Counted from the first letter of the stretch, positions 13,797 to 26,010 are shown. The stretch is 64,000 nt of DNA from Escherichia coli (GCF_041248615.1 NZ_CP158426.1), one strand, 5' to 3'. A program made the numbers and translations. The notes: a model not told the origin generated them from the sequence alone.

Positions 13797-14135
13797 ATGC
13801 TTGATGAAAAAAGTTCGAATACCGCGTCTGTCGTGGTGCTATGTACGGCACCGGATGAAGCGACAGCCCAGGATTTAGCCGCCAAAGTGCTGGCGGAAAA
13901 ACTGGCGGCCTGCGCGACCTTGATCCCCGGCGCAACCTCTCTTTATTACTGGGAAGGTAAGCTGGAGCAAGAATACGAAGTGCAGATGATTTTAAAAACT
14001 ACCGTATCTCACCAGCAGGCACTGCTGGAATGCCTGAAGTCTCATCATCCATATCAAACCCCGGAACTTCTGGTTTTACCTGTTACACACGGAGACACAG
14101 ATTACCTCTCATGGCTCAACGCATCTTTACGCTGA
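13797..14135 (+). CDS. cutA: Divalent-cation tolerance protein CutA
   Basis: ORF 13791..14135 (track starts at GTG); ATG at 13797 gives the 112-aa protein [21 protein letters not shown]…. Confidence 0.88.
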
Positions 14136-15808
14136 TCCTGCTACTTTGCAGCACTTCCGTTTTTGCCGGATTATTCGACGCGCCGGGACGTTCACAATTT
14201 GTCCCCGCGGATCAAGCCTTTGCTTTTGATTTTCAGCAAAACCAACATGACCTGAATCTGACCTGGCAGATCAAAGACGGTTATTACCTCTACCGTAAAC
14301 AGATCCGCATTACGCCGGAACACGCGAAAATTGCCGACGTACAGCTGCCGCAAGGCGTCTGGCATGAAGATGAGTTTTACGGCAAAAGCGAGATTTACCG
14401 CGATCGGCTGACGCTTCCCGTAACCATCAACAAGGCGAGTGCGGGAGCGACGTTAACTGTCACCTACCAGGGCTGTGCTGATGCCGGTTTCTGTTATCCG
14501 CCAGAAACCAAAACCGTTCCGTTAAGCGAAGTGGTCGTCAACAACTCAGCGCCACAGCCTGTGTCTGTTCCGCAGCAAGAGCAGCCCACCGCGCAATTGC
14601 CCTTTTCCGCGCTCTGGGCGTTGTTGATCGGTATTGGTATAGCCTTTACGCCATGCGTGCTGCCAATGTACCCACTGATTTCTGGTATCGTGCTGGGCGG
14701 TAAACAGCGGCTCTCCACTGCCAGAGCATTGTTGCTGACCTTTATTTATGTGCAGGGGATGGCGCTGACTTACACGGCACTGGGTCTGGTGGTTGCCGCC
14801 GCAGGGTTACAGTTCCAGGCGGCGCTACAGCACCCATACGTGCTCATTGGCCTCGCTATCGTCTTTACCTTGCTGGCGATGTCAATGTTTGGCTTGTTTA
14901 CTCTGCAACTCCCCTCTTCGCTGCAAACACGTCTCACGCTGATGAGCAATCGCCAACAGGGCGGCTCACCTGGCGGTGTGTTTGTTATGGGGGCGATTGC
15001 CGGACTGATCTGTTCACCATGCACCACCGCACCGCTTAGCGCGATTCTGCTGTATATCGCCCAAAGCGGGAACATGTTGCTGGGGGGCGGCACGCTTTAT
15101 CTCTATGCGTTGGGCATGGGCCTGCCGCTGATGCTAATAACCGTCTTTGGTAACCGCCTGCTGCCGAAAAGCGGCCCGTGGATGGAACAAGTCAAAACCG
15201 CGTTTGGTTTTGTGATCCTCGCACTGCCGGTCTTCCTGCTGGAGCGAGTGATTGGTGATATATGGGGATTACGCTTGTGGTCGGCGCTTGGTGTCGCATT
15301 CTTTGGCTGGGCCTTTATCACCAGCCTACAGGCCAAACGCGGCTGGATGCGCGTGGTGCAAATAATCCTGCTGGCAGCGGCATTAGTTAGCGTGCGCCCA
15401 CTTCAGGATTGGGCATTTGGTGCGACGCATACCGCGCAAACTCAGACGCATCTCAACTTTACACAAATCAAAACGGTAGATGAGTTAAATCAGGCGCTCG
15501 TTGAAGCCAAAGGCAAACCGGTGATGTTAGATCTCTATGCCGACTGGTGCGTCGCCTGTAAAGAGTTTGAGAAATACACCTTCAGCGACCCGCAGGTGCA
15601 AAAAGCGTTAGCAGACACGGTATTACTTCAGGCCAACGTCACTGCCAACGACGCACAAGATGTGGCGCTGTTAAAGCATCTTAATGTCCTTGGCCTACCG
15701 ACAATTCTCTTTTTTGACGGACAAGGCCAGGAGCATCCACAAGCACGCGTCACGGGCTTTATGGATGCTGAAACCTTCAGCGCACATTTGCGCGATCGCC
15801 AACCGTGA
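14111..15808 (+). CDS. dsbD: Thiol:disulfide interchange protein DsbD
   Basis: ORF 14030..15808; recognised 565-aa protein starts at ATG 14111 ([19 protein letters not shown]…); C-terminal thioredoxin-like CVAC motif; overlaps cutA end. Confidence 0.93.
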
Positions 15809-15844
15809 ACGACACTTGCAGTGGGAAAGACGGAGGAAAATAGC

Positions 15845-16420
15845 GTGCAACGTGAAGATGTACTGGGAGAAGCCCTGAAATTATTAGAATTACAAGGGAT
15901 TGCCAACACCACGCTGGAGATGGTTGCTGAACGTGTGGATTATCCACTGGACGAGCTGCGCCGTTTCTGGCCAGACAAAGAGGCAATCCTCTACGATGCG
16001 CTGCGTTATCTTAGCCAACAGATAGATGTCTGGCGTCGTCAGCTGATGCTGGACGAAACGCAAACCGCCGAACAAAAGCTGCTGGCACGTTATCAGGCGT
16101 TATCGGAGTGCGTTAAAAACAACCGCTATCCGGGCTGTCTGTTTATCGCTGCCTGTACGTTTTATCCCGATCCTGGCCACCCTATTCATCAACTGGCCGA
16201 TCAGCAAAAAAGCGCGGCCTACGATTTCACCCACGAACTGTTAACCACGCTGGAAGTTGACGATCCGGCGATGGTAGCAAAGCAGATGGAACTGGTGCTG
16301 GAAGGCTGTTTAAGCCGAATGCTGGTGAATCGTAGCCAGGCGGATGTCGACACCGCACATCGGCTGGCAGAAGATATCCTGCGCTTCGCTCGCTGCCGCC
16401 AGGGTGGCGCACTGACCTGA
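15845..16420 (+). CDS. yjdC: TetR-family transcriptional regulator YjdC
   Basis: ORF 15821..16420; the 191-aa form begins at GTG 15845 ([31 protein letters not shown]…); start choice is uncertain. Confidence 0.8.
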
Positions 16421-16526
16421 CAGAAACACAGAAAAGAAGCGATTTGCCGCAATCTTAAGCAGTTGAATCGCTTTTACTGAAATTAGGTTGACGAGATGTG
16501 CAGATTACGGTTTAATGCGCCCCGTT

Positions 16527-16602
16527 GCCCGGATAGCTCAGTCGGTAGAGCAGGGGATTGAAAATCCCCGTGTCCTTGGTTCGATTCCGAGTCCGGGCAC
16601 CA
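16527..16602 (+). tRNA. pheU: tRNA-Phe (GAA anticodon)
   Basis: Sequence gcccggatagctcagtcggtagagcaggggattgaaaatccccgtgtccttggttcgattccgagtccgggcacca read directly; cloverleaf and CCA end present. Confidence 0.97.
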
Positions 16603-16612
16603 AATTCATATA

Positions 16613-16640
16613 AACGGACCTCCACGGAGGTCCGTTTTTC
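16613..16640 (+). terminator. Rho-independent terminator after pheU
   Basis: aaacggacctcc-acgg-aggtccgttttt hairpin plus T-run immediately 3' of the tRNA. Confidence 0.8.
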
Positions 16641-17218
16641 GTTTCAGGACGCCACAATTTAAGCGTTCTGCCTAAAAATCATTTCTACCGAACTCAACCA
16701 AATTCTCCCCACAACACCAGCATTTTGCGGGTATATCCCAATTCGGGAAAATTTGTTCCTGAGCTATAGCGCTGACTGACGTGAAATGTCGTGCGACCCC
16801 GTGATGCTGTTGAATGTCAAATGACGTCATCAGGAGCGTAACGCATCCATAAAGCACAACACCGGTCTGAACGCCGACTGATGAGATTTTCTGAATGAGA
16901 ACAAAGAGAAATGTATCAGTCCGCTTGCTCATGCAAAGACTAACAATCCATTAAAATAGTAAGCGCTCCGGACAATTTTCCATGGATTATTTTCTGAACA
17001 TTTTTCTTTGGCAAAGATGATGAATTTTGATGGTAAGGAATATTACTTCTGGTTCTCAGTAAAATCCTTTCTCAATACTATGTGATCAAGAAGTTTATGT
17101 CTGGTAAAAATAACGTCTTGCATTCACCAATAATATGTAAATAAACCCATCTATAGATGGTAAAAATAGGTTGTGGCAATTATCATTGCATCATTCCCTT
17201 TTCGAATGAGTTTCTATT

Positions 17219-18757
17219 ATGCAACAACCTGTAGTTCGCGTTGGCGAATGGCTTGTTACTCCGTCCATAAACCAAATTAGCCGCAATGGGCGTCAACTTA
17301 CCCTTGAGCCGAGATTAATCGATCTTCTGGTTTTCTTTGCTCAACACAGTGGCGAAGTACTTAGCAGGGATGAACTTATCGATAATGTCTGGAAGAGAAG
17401 TATTGTCACCAATCACGTTGTGACGCAGAGTATCTCAGAACTACGTAAGTCATTAAAAGATAATGATGAAGATAGTCCTGTCTATATCGCTACTGTACCA
17501 AAGCGCGGCTATAAATTAATGGTGCCGGTTATCTGGTACAGCGAAGAAGAGGGAGAGGAAATAATGCTATCTTCGCCTCCCCCTATACCAGAGGCGGTTC
17601 CTGACACAGATTCTCCCTCCCACAGTCTTAACATTCAAAACACCGCAACGCCACCTGAACAATCCCCAGTTAAAAGCAAACGATTCACTACCTTTTGGGT
17701 ATGGTTTTTTTTCCTGTTGTCGTTAGGTATCTGTGTAGCACTGGTAGCGTTTTCAAGTCTTGATACACGTCTTCCGATGAGCAAATCGCGTATTTTGCTC
17801 AATCCACGCGATATTGACATTAATATGGTAAATAAAAGTTGTAACAGCTGGAGTTCCCCGTATCAGCTCTCTTACGCGATAGGCGTGGGTGATTTGGTGG
17901 CGACATCACTTAACACCTTCTCCACCTTTATGGTGCATGACAAAATCAACTACAACATTGATGAACCGAGCAGTTCCGGTAAAACATTATCTATTGCGTT
18001 TGTTAATCAGCGCCAATACCGTGCTCAACAATGCTTTATGTCGGTAAAATTGGTAGACAATGCAGATGGTTCAACCATGCTGGATAAACGTTATGTCATC
18101 ACTAACGGTAATCAGCTGGCGATTCAAAATGATTTACTCCAGAGTTTATCAAAAGCGTTAAACCAACCGTGGCCACAACGAATGCAGGAGATGCTCCAGC
18201 AAATTTTGCCTCATCGTGGTGCGTTATTAACTAATTTTTATCAGGCACATGATTATTTACTGCATGGCGATGATAAATCATTGAACCGTGCCAGTGAATT
18301 ATTAGGTGAGATTGTTCAATCATCCCCAGAATTTACCTACGCGAGAGCAGAAAAAGCATTAGTTGATATCGTGCGCCATTCTCAACATCCTTTAGATGAA
18401 AAACAATTAGCAGCACTGAACACAGAAATAGATAACATTGTTACACTACCGGAATTGAATAACCTGTCCATTATATATCAAATAAAAGCGGTCAGTGCTC
18501 TGGTAAAAGGTAAAACAGATGAGTCTTACCAGGCGATAAATACTGGCATTGATCTTGAAATGTCCTGGCTAAATTATGTGTTGCTTGGCAAGGTTTATGA
18601 AATGAAGGGGATGAACCGGGAAGCAGCTGATGCATATCTCACCGCCTTTAATTTACGCCCAGGGGCAAACACCCTTTACTGGATTGAAAATGGTATATTC
18701 CAGACTTCTGTTCCTTATGTTGTACCTTATCTCGACAAATTTCTCGCTTCAGAATAA
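17219..18757 (+). CDS. cadC: Membrane-integrated ToxR-like transcriptional activator CadC
   Basis: 512-aa ORF MQQPVVRVGEWLVTPSINQISRNGRQLTLEPR… with winged-helix N-terminus and a single TM segment. Confidence 0.95.
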   Translation: MQQPVVRVGEWLVTPSINQISRNGRQLTLEPRLIDLLVFFAQHSGEVLSRDELIDNVWKRSIVTNHVVTQSISELRKSLKDNDEDSPVYIATVPKRGYKLMVPVIWYSEEEGEEIMLSSPPPIPEAVPDTDSPSHSLNIQNTATPPEQSPVKSKRFTTFWVWFFFLLSLGICVALVAFSSLDTRLPMSKSRILLNPRDIDINMVNKSCNSWSSPYQLSYAIGVGDLVATSLNTFSTFMVHDKINYNIDEPSSSGKTLSIAFVNQRQYRAQQCFMSVKLVDNADGSTMLDKRYVITNGNQLAIQNDLLQSLSKALNQPWPQRMQEMLQQILPHRGALLTNFYQAHDYLLHGDDKSLNRASELLGEIVQSSPEFTYARAEKALVDIVRHSQHPLDEKQLAALNTEIDNIVTLPELNNLSIIYQIKAVSALVKGKTDESYQAINTGIDLEMSWLNYVLLGKVYEMKGMNREAADAYLTAFNLRPGANTLYWIENGIFQTSVPYVVPYLDKFLASE

Positions 18758-19122
18758 GTAACTCCCGGGTTGATTTATGCTCGGCAATATTTATTGTTGA
18801 GTTTTTGTATGTTTCTGTTGGTATAATATGTTGCGGTAATTTATTTGCCGCATAATTTTTATTACATAAATTTAACCAGAAAATGTCCCGCAATCCATTG
18901 TAAACATTGAATGTTTATCTTTTCATGATATCAACTTGCGATCCTGATGTGTTAATAAAAAACCTCAAGTTCTCACTTACAGAAACTTTTGTGTTATTTC
19001 ACCTAATCTTTAGGATTAATCCTTTTTTCGTGAGTATTCTTAGCGCCAGTTTGGTCTGGTCAGGAAATAGTTATACATCATGACCCGGACTCCAAATTCA
19101 AAAATGAAATTAGGAGAAGAGC
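18758..19122 (+). promoter_or_regulatory. cadBA promoter region (Pcad; CadC and H-NS target)
   Basis: AT-rich 365-bp intergenic region between cadC and cadB; individual sites not resolved by eye. Confidence 0.5.
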
Positions 19123-20457
19123 ATGAGTTCTGCCAAGAAGATCGGGCTATTTGCCTGTACCGGTGTGGTTGCCGGTAATATGATGGGGAGCGGTATTGCA
19201 TTATTACCTGCGAACCTAGCAAGTATCGGTGGTATTGCTATCTGGGGTTGGATTATCTCTATTATTGGTGCAATGTCGCTGGCGTATGTATATGCCCGAC
19301 TGGCAACAAAAAACCCGCAACAAGGTGGCCCAATTGCTTATGCCGGAGAAATTTCCCCTGCATTTGGTTTTCAGACAGGTGTTCTTTATTACCATGCTAA
19401 CTGGATTGGTAACCTGGCGATTGGTATTACCGCTGTATCTTATCTTTCCACCTTCTTCCCAGTATTAAATGATCCTGTTCCGGCGGGTATCGCCTGTATT
19501 GCTATCGTCTGGGTATTTACCTTTGTAAATATGCTCGGCGGTACCTGGGTAAGCCGTTTAACCACTATTGGTCTGGTGCTGGTTCTTATTCCTGTGGTGA
19601 TGACTGCTATTGTTGGCTGGCATTGGTTTGATGCTGCAACTTATGCAGCTAACTGGAATACTGCGGATACCACTGATGGTCATGCGATCATTAAAAGTAT
19701 TCTGCTCTGCCTGTGGGCCTTCGTGGGTGTTGAATCCGCAGCAGTAAGTACTGGTATGGTTAAAAACCCGAAACGTACCGTTCCGCTGGCAACCATGCTG
19801 GGTACTGGTTTAGCAGGTATTGTTTATATCGCTGCGACTCAGGTGCTTTCCGGTATGTATCCGTCTTCTGTAATGGCAGCTTCCGGTGCTCCGTTTGCAA
19901 TCAGTGCTTCAACTATCCTCGGTAACTGGGCTGCGCCGCTGGTTTCTGCATTCACCGCCTTTGCGTGCCTGACTTCTCTGGGCTCCTGGATGATGTTGGT
20001 AGGCCAGGCAGGTGTACGTGCCGCTAACGACGGTAACTTCCCGAAAGTTTATGGTGAAGTCGACAGCAACGGTATTCCGAAAAAAGGTCTGCTGCTGGCT
20101 GCAGTGAAAATGACTGCCCTGATGATCCTCATCACTCTGATGAACTCTGCCGGTGGTAAAGCATCTGACCTGTTCGGTGAACTGACCGGTATCGCAGTAC
20201 TGCTGACTATGCTGCCGTACTTCTACTCTTGCGTTGACCTGATTCGTTTTGAAGGCGTTAACATCCGCAACTTTGTCAGCCTGATCTGCTCTGTACTGGG
20301 TTGCGTGTTCTGCTTCATCGCGCTGATGGGCGCAAGCTCCTTCGAGCTGGCAGGTACCTTCATCGTCAGCCTGATTATTCTGATGTTCTACGCTCGCAAA
20401 ATGCACGAGCGCCAGAGCCACTCAATGGATAACCACACCGCGTCTAACGCACATTAA
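19123..20457 (+). CDS. cadB: Lysine:cadaverine antiporter CadB
   Basis: 444-aa [40 protein letters not shown]…. Confidence 0.95.
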   Translation: MSSAKKIGLFACTGVVAGNMMGSGIALLPANLASIGGIAIWGWIISIIGAMSLAYVYARLATKNPQQGGPIAYAGEISPAFGFQTGVLYYHANWIGNLAIGITAVSYLSTFFPVLNDPVPAGIACIAIVWVFTFVNMLGGTWVSRLTTIGLVLVLIPVVMTAIVGWHWFDAATYAANWNTADTTDGHAIIKSILLCLWAFVGVESAAVSTGMVKNPKRTVPLATMLGTGLAGIVYIAATQVLSGMYPSSVMAASGAPFAISASTILGNWAAPLVSAFTAFACLTSLGSWMMLVGQAGVRAANDGNFPKVYGEVDSNGIPKKGLLLAAVKMTALMILITLMNSAGGKASDLFGELTGIAVLLTMLPYFYSCVDLIRFEGVNIRNFVSLICSVLGCVFCFIALMGASSFELAGTFIVSLIILMFYARKMHERQSHSMDNHTASNAH

Positions 20458-20474
20458 TTAAAAGTATTTTCCGA

Positions 20475-20521
20475 GGCTCCTCCTTTCATTTTGTCCCATG
20501 TGTTGGGAGGGGCCTTTTTTA
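20475..20521 (+). terminator. Stem-loop with U-run between cadB and cadA (possible intercistronic attenuator)
   Basis: aggctcctcc … ggaggggcct (one G-U pair) with a long ~21-nt loop, followed by tttttt; sits 16 bp before cadA ATG. Confidence 0.3.
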
Positions 20522-20536
20522 CCTGGAGATATGACT

Positions 20537-22684
20537 ATGAACGTTATTGCAATATTGAATCACATGGGGGTTTATTTTAAAGAAGAACCCATCCGTGAAC
20601 TTCATCGCGCGCTTGAACGTCTGAACTTCCAGATTGTTTACCCGAACGACCGTGACGACTTATTAAAACTGATCGAAAACAATGCGCGTCTGTGCGGCGT
20701 TATTTTTGACTGGGATAAATATAATCTCGAGCTGTGCGAAGAAATTAGCAAAATGAACGAGAACCTGCCGTTGTACGCGTTCGCTAATACGTATTCCACT
20801 CTCGATGTAAGCCTGAATGACCTGCGTTTACAGATTAGCTTCTTTGAATATGCGCTGGGTGCTGCTGAAGATATTGCTAACAAGATCAAGCAGACCACTG
20901 ACGAATATATCAACACTATTCTGCCTCCGCTGACCAAAGCATTGTTTAAATATGTTCGTGAAGGTAAATATACTTTCTGTACTCCTGGTCACATGGGCGG
21001 TACTGCATTCCAGAAAAGCCCGGTAGGTAGCCTGTTCTATGATTTCTTTGGTCCGAACACCATGAAATCTGATATTTCCATTTCAGTATCTGAACTGGGT
21101 TCTCTGCTGGATCACAGTGGTCCACACAAAGAAGCAGAACAGTATATCGCTCGCGTCTTTAACGCAGACCGCAGCTACATGGTGACCAACGGTACTTCCA
21201 CTGCGAACAAAATTGTTGGTATGTACTCTGCTCCGGCAGGCAGCACCATTCTGATTGACCGTAACTGCCACAAATCGCTGACCCACCTGATGATGATGAG
21301 CGATGTTACGCCAATCTATTTCCGCCCGACCCGTAACGCTTACGGTATTCTTGGTGGTATCCCACAGAGTGAATTCCAGCACGCTACCATTGCTAAGCGC
21401 GTGAAAGAAACACCAAACGCGACCTGGCCGGTACATGCCGTAATTACCAACTCTACCTATGATGGTCTGCTGTACAACACCGACTTCATCAAGAAAACAC
21501 TGGATGTGAAATCCATCCACTTTGACTCCGCGTGGGTGCCTTACACCAACTTCTCACCGATTTACGAAGGTAAATGCGGTATGAGCGGTGGCCGTGTAGA
21601 AGGGAAAGTGATTTACGAAACCCAGTCTACTCACAAACTGCTGGCGGCGTTCTCTCAGGCTTCCATGATCCACGTTAAAGGTGACGTAAACGAAGAAACC
21701 TTTAACGAAGCCTACATGATGCACACCACCACTTCTCCGCACTACGGTATCGTGGCGTCCACTGAAACCGCTGCGGCGATGATGAAAGGCAATGCAGGTA
21801 AGCGTCTGATCAACGGTTCCATTGAACGTGCGATCAAATTCCGTAAAGAGATCAAACGTCTGAGAACGGAATCTGATGGCTGGTTCTTTGATGTATGGCA
21901 GCCGGATCATATCGATACCACTGAATGCTGGCCGCTGCGTTCTGACAGCACCTGGCACGGCTTCAAAAACATCGATAACGAGCACATGTATCTTGACCCG
22001 ATCAAAGTCACCCTGCTGACTCCGGGGATGGAAAAAGACGGCACCATGAGCGACTTCGGTATTCCGGCCAGCATCGTGGCGAAATACCTCGACGAACATG
22101 GCATAGTTGTTGAGAAAACCGGTCCGTATAACCTGCTGTTCCTGTTCAGCATCGGTATCGATAAGACCAAAGCACTGAGCCTGCTGCGTGCTCTGACAGA
22201 CTTCAAACGTGCGTTCGATCTGAACCTGCGTGTGAAAAACATGCTGCCGTCTCTGTATCGTGAAGATCCTGAATTCTATGAAAACATGCGTATTCAGGAA
22301 CTGGCTCAGAATATCCACAAACTGATTGTTCACCACAATCTGCCGGATCTGATGTATCGCGCATTTGAAGTTCTGCCGACCATGGTAATGACTCCGTATG
22401 CTGCGTTCCAGAAAGAGCTGCACGGTATGACCGAAGAAGTTTACCTCGACGAAATGGTAGGTCGTATTAACGCCAATATGATCCTTCCGTATCCGCCGGG
22501 AGTTCCTCTGGTAATGCCGGGTGAAATGATCACCGAAGAAAGCCGTCCGGTTCTGGAGTTCCTGCAGATGCTGTGTGAAATCGGCGCTCACTATCCGGGC
22601 TTTGAAACCGATATTCACGGTGCATACCGTCAGGCTGATGGCCGCTATACCGTTAAGGTATTGAAAGAAGAAAGCAAAAAATAA
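20537..22684 (+). CDS. cadA: Inducible lysine decarboxylase CadA
   Basis: ORF 20498..22684; recognised 715-aa protein starts at ATG 20537 (MNVIAILNHMGVYFKEEPIRELHRALERL…). Confidence 0.96.
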   Translation: MNVIAILNHMGVYFKEEPIRELHRALERLNFQIVYPNDRDDLLKLIENNARLCGVIFDWDKYNLELCEEISKMNENLPLYAFANTYSTLDVSLNDLRLQISFFEYALGAAEDIANKIKQTTDEYINTILPPLTKALFKYVREGKYTFCTPGHMGGTAFQKSPVGSLFYDFFGPNTMKSDISISVSELGSLLDHSGPHKEAEQYIARVFNADRSYMVTNGTSTANKIVGMYSAPAGSTILIDRNCHKSLTHLMMMSDVTPIYFRPTRNAYGILGGIPQSEFQHATIAKRVKETPNATWPVHAVITNSTYDGLLYNTDFIKKTLDVKSIHFDSAWVPYTNFSPIYEGKCGMSGGRVEGKVIYETQSTHKLLAAFSQASMIHVKGDVNEETFNEAYMMHTTTSPHYGIVASTETAAAMMKGNAGKRLINGSIERAIKFRKEIKRLRTESDGWFFDVWQPDHIDTTECWPLRSDSTWHGFKNIDNEHMYLDPIKVTLLTPGMEKDGTMSDFGIPASIVAKYLDEHGIVVEKTGPYNLLFLFSIGIDKTKALSLLRALTDFKRAFDLNLRVKNMLPSLYREDPEFYENMRIQELAQNIHKLIVHHNLPDLMYRAFEVLPTMVMTPYAAFQKELHGMTEEVYLDEMVGRINANMILPYPPGVPLVMPGEMITEESRPVLEFLQMLCEIGAHYPGFETDIHGAYRQADGRYTVKVLKEESKK

Positions 22685-22697
22685 TTAGCTCGTACAA

Positions 22698-22726
22698 GGG
22701 AAGTGGCTTGCCACTTCCCTTTTTTG
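22698..22726 (+). terminator. Rho-independent terminator after cadA
   Basis: gggaagtgg-cttg-ccacttccc stem-loop followed by tttttt. Confidence 0.8.
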
Positions 22727-22742
22727 CTCATAAGGAGAACAC

Positions 22743-24200
22743 ATGAAAACACCCTCACAGCCGCGCGCGATATACTATATCGTGGCGATCCAAATCTGGG
22801 AGTACTTCAGTTTTTACGGCATGCGTGCCTTACTCATTCTCTATCTCACCCATCAGCTTGGTTTTGATGATAACCATGCCATCAGCCTGTTCAGCGCATA
22901 TGCATCTCTGGTTTACGTTACCCCTATTCTCGGCGGCTGGCTTGCCGACCGCCTGCTCGGCAACCGCACTGCAGTGATTGCCGGCGCGCTGTTAATGACC
23001 CTTGGCCATGTGGTGCTGGGCATTGATACAAATTCAACTTTTAGCCTGTATCTGGCGCTGGCAATCATTATTTGTGGCTACGGTTTATTCAAATCAAACA
23101 TCAGCTGTTTGCTTGGCGAGCTCTACGACGAGAACGATCATCGACGTGATGGCGGTTTTTCGCTGCTGTATGCTGCGGGCAATATCGGTTCTATCGCAGC
23201 CCCAATCGCCTGCGGCCTGGCTGCTCAGTGGTATGGATGGCATGTTGGCTTTGCCCTTGCGGGTGGCGGCATGTTTATCGGTTTGTTGATTTTCTTAAGC
23301 GGTCATCGTCATTTCCAGTCCACGCGTAGTATGGATAAAAAAGCGCTAACAAGCGTTAAATTTGCCTTACCAGTATGGAGCTGGTTAGTGGTGATGCTCT
23401 GTTTAGCCCCTGTATTTTTTACCCTGCTGCTGGAGAACGACTGGTCAGGATATTTGCTGGCGATCGTTTGCCTCATTGCCGCACAAATCATTGCCCGCAT
23501 GATGATCAAATTCCCCGAACACCGCCGTGCTCTTTGGCAAATTGTATTGTTGATGTTTGTCGGGACGTTGTTCTGGGTACTGGCACAACAGGGCGGCAGT
23601 ACCATCAGCTTGTTTATCGATCGCTTTGTGAATCGTCAGGCATTCAATATTGAAGTACCTACAGCACTATTCCAGTCGGTGAATGCCATTGCGGTGATGC
23701 TCGCTGGGGTTGTTCTGGCCTGGCTGGCGTCGCCAGAAAGCCGCGGCAATTCAGCATTGCGCGTCTGGCTGAAGTTTGCCTTTGGCTTACTGCTGATGGC
23801 TTGTGGCTTTATGTTGCTGGCATTTGATGCCCGACATGCAGCGGCTGGCGGTCAAGCGTCAATGGGCGTGATGGTATCCGGGCTGGCGCTAATGGGCTTT
23901 GCTGAACTCTTTATTGACCCGGTGGCGATTGCGCAAATCACGCGTCTGAAAATGTCTGGCGTATTAACCGGTATTTATATGCTGGCAACAGGCGCGGTCG
24001 CCAACTGGCTGGCAGGCGTCGTGGCACAGCAGACGACAGAGTCGCAAATTAGCGGTATGGCAATTGCCGCTTACCAGCGATTCTTTTCTCAGATGGGAGA
24101 GTGGACGTTGGCTTGTGTCGCGATCATCGTGGTATTGGCCTTTGCTACCCGTTTTCTGTTTAGCACGCCGACGAATATGATACAGGAGAGTAACGATTAA
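22743..24200 (+). CDS. dtpC: Dipeptide/tripeptide permease DtpC (YjdL), POT family
   Basis: 485-aa [39 protein letters not shown]…. Confidence 0.93.
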   Translation: MKTPSQPRAIYYIVAIQIWEYFSFYGMRALLILYLTHQLGFDDNHAISLFSAYASLVYVTPILGGWLADRLLGNRTAVIAGALLMTLGHVVLGIDTNSTFSLYLALAIIICGYGLFKSNISCLLGELYDENDHRRDGGFSLLYAAGNIGSIAAPIACGLAAQWYGWHVGFALAGGGMFIGLLIFLSGHRHFQSTRSMDKKALTSVKFALPVWSWLVVMLCLAPVFFTLLLENDWSGYLLAIVCLIAAQIIARMMIKFPEHRRALWQIVLLMFVGTLFWVLAQQGGSTISLFIDRFVNRQAFNIEVPTALFQSVNAIAVMLAGVVLAWLASPESRGNSALRVWLKFAFGLLLMACGFMLLAFDARHAAAGGQASMGVMVSGLALMGFAELFIDPVAIAQITRLKMSGVLTGIYMLATGAVANWLAGVVAQQTTESQISGMAIAAYQRFFSQMGEWTLACVAIIVVLAFATRFLFSTPTNMIQESND

Positions 24201-24436
24201 CTGTCGTAAAAACAATTGGTTATGAATAAATTAACTTTCAGTTTATCACACTAGCAAATCGAGATTAATAAGTCATTTAAACCATTTTTATGGTTATTTA
24301 TTAGTGATATCAACTTGAGGTAAGCGTTAGTTTCGATAAGATAAACTGAGTTATTAATAGTCGAGGCAGATAATACAGTGTACCGATCTGTCTCTTTATC
24401 TACGCTAAATTGAAAGCTGGATTTAGAGGAACCAAA

Positions 24437-25954
24437 ATGTCTGAACGAGAAACACGGGGAGCCAATGAGGCTATTGATTTTAACGATGAACTGAGAAATC
24501 GCCGCGAAAAACTGGCGGCACTACGTCAGCAAGGTGTGGCGTTTCCCAATGATTTTCGCCGCGACCATACCTCTGACCAGTTGCACGAAGAGTTTGATGC
24601 GAAGGATAACCAGGAACTGGAATCCTTAAACATTGAAGTCTCGGTTGCTGGCCGAATGATGACCCGTCGTATCATGGGGAAAGCCTCCTTTGTAACGTTG
24701 CAGGATGTCGGTGGCCGTATTCAACTGTACGTCGCACGAGATAGCCTGCCAGAAGGTGTTTATAACGATCAGTTTAAAAAATGGGATCTGGGTGACATTA
24801 TCGGTGCCCGCGGTACGCTGTTTAAGACGCAAACGGGTGAGCTTTCCATTCACTGTACTGAGCTGCGCCTGCTGACTAAAGCACTACGTCCTTTACCAGA
24901 TAAATTCCATGGTCTGCAGGATCAGGAAGTCCGTTATCGTCAACGTTATCTGGACCTCATCGCTAACGATAAATCCCGTCAAACGTTTGTTGTCCGTTCA
25001 AAAATTCTGGCCGCTATCCGTCAGTTCATGGTCGCGCGCGGCTTTATGGAAGTAGAAACCCCGATGATGCAGGTAATTCCAGGTGGGGCATCTGCTCGCC
25101 CGTTTATTACCCATCATAACGCTCTGGATTTAGATATGTACCTGCGTATCGCGCCAGAGCTGTATCTGAAACGTCTGGTTGTAGGCGGTTTTGAACGGGT
25201 ATTCGAAATCAACCGTAACTTCCGTAATGAAGGTATTTCTGTTCGCCATAATCCTGAGTTCACAATGATGGAACTCTACATGGCGTATGCGGATTACCAC
25301 GATTTGATTGAACTGACAGAGTCACTGTTCCGCACCCTGGCACAAGAGGTTCTGGGTACCACTAAAGTCACTTATGGCGAGCATGTGTTTGATTTCGGCA
25401 AACCGTTTGAAAAACTCACCATGCGCGAAGCAATCAAAAAATATCGTCCAGAAACCGATATGGCCGACCTGGATAATTTTGATGCCGCTAAAGCATTAGC
25501 TGAATCTATTGGTATTACGGTAGAGAAAAGCTGGGGGCTGGGACGTATTGTCACGGAGATCTTTGATGAAGTGGCAGAAGCACATCTGATTCAGCCAACC
25601 TTTATTACGGAATATCCCGCAGAAGTGTCACCGCTGGCGCGCCGTAATGATGTTAACCCGGAAATCACCGACCGATTTGAATTCTTCATCGGTGGTCGTG
25701 AAATCGGTAATGGTTTTAGCGAATTAAACGACGCAGAAGATCAGGCTGAACGTTTCCAGGAACAGGTTAACGCTAAAGCTGCAGGTGACGACGAAGCCAT
25801 GTTCTATGACGAAGATTACGTGACTGCGCTGGAATATGGTTTGCCACCAACCGCTGGTCTGGGTATTGGTATCGACCGAATGATTATGCTGTTTACAAAC
25901 AGTCATACTATTCGCGACGTTATTCTCTTCCCGGCGATGCGCCCACAGAAATAA
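24437..25954 (+). CDS. lysU: Lysyl-tRNA synthetase, inducible isoform LysU
   Basis: ORF 24410..25954; 505-aa protein from ATG 24437 ([33 protein letters not shown]…); assigned to lysU rather than lysS by locus context next to cadA/dtpC. Confidence 0.9.
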   Translation: MSERETRGANEAIDFNDELRNRREKLAALRQQGVAFPNDFRRDHTSDQLHEEFDAKDNQELESLNIEVSVAGRMMTRRIMGKASFVTLQDVGGRIQLYVARDSLPEGVYNDQFKKWDLGDIIGARGTLFKTQTGELSIHCTELRLLTKALRPLPDKFHGLQDQEVRYRQRYLDLIANDKSRQTFVVRSKILAAIRQFMVARGFMEVETPMMQVIPGGASARPFITHHNALDLDMYLRIAPELYLKRLVVGGFERVFEINRNFRNEGISVRHNPEFTMMELYMAYADYHDLIELTESLFRTLAQEVLGTTKVTYGEHVFDFGKPFEKLTMREAIKKYRPETDMADLDNFDAAKALAESIGITVEKSWGLGRIVTEIFDEVAEAHLIQPTFITEYPAEVSPLARRNDVNPEITDRFEFFIGGREIGNGFSELNDAEDQAERFQEQVNAKAAGDDEAMFYDEDYVTALEYGLPPTAGLGIGIDRMIMLFTNSHTIRDVILFPAMRPQK

Positions 25955-25975
25955 TTTTCACTTTAATGAACGAAG

Positions 25976-26010
25976 CAGTCAGGCGACTGCTTCGTTCATC
26001 ATTCCGCAAA
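25976..26010. terminator. Palindromic hairpin between convergent lysU and ghoT (possible bidirectional terminator)
   Basis: atgaacgaagcagtc-aggc-gactgcttcgttcat perfect 15-bp stem; no strong T-run on either side. Confidence 0.4.

Noticed and set aside
16603-17218. Possible genomic island integrated at the 3' end of tRNA-Phe (pheU)
   Set aside because: Only 616 bp separate the tRNA from the cadC start codon, with no integrase gene and no direct repeat of the tRNA 3' end; this is the ordinary cadC upstream region. The 86-codon minus-strand ORF 16672..16932 has no recognisable features and is treated as spurious.
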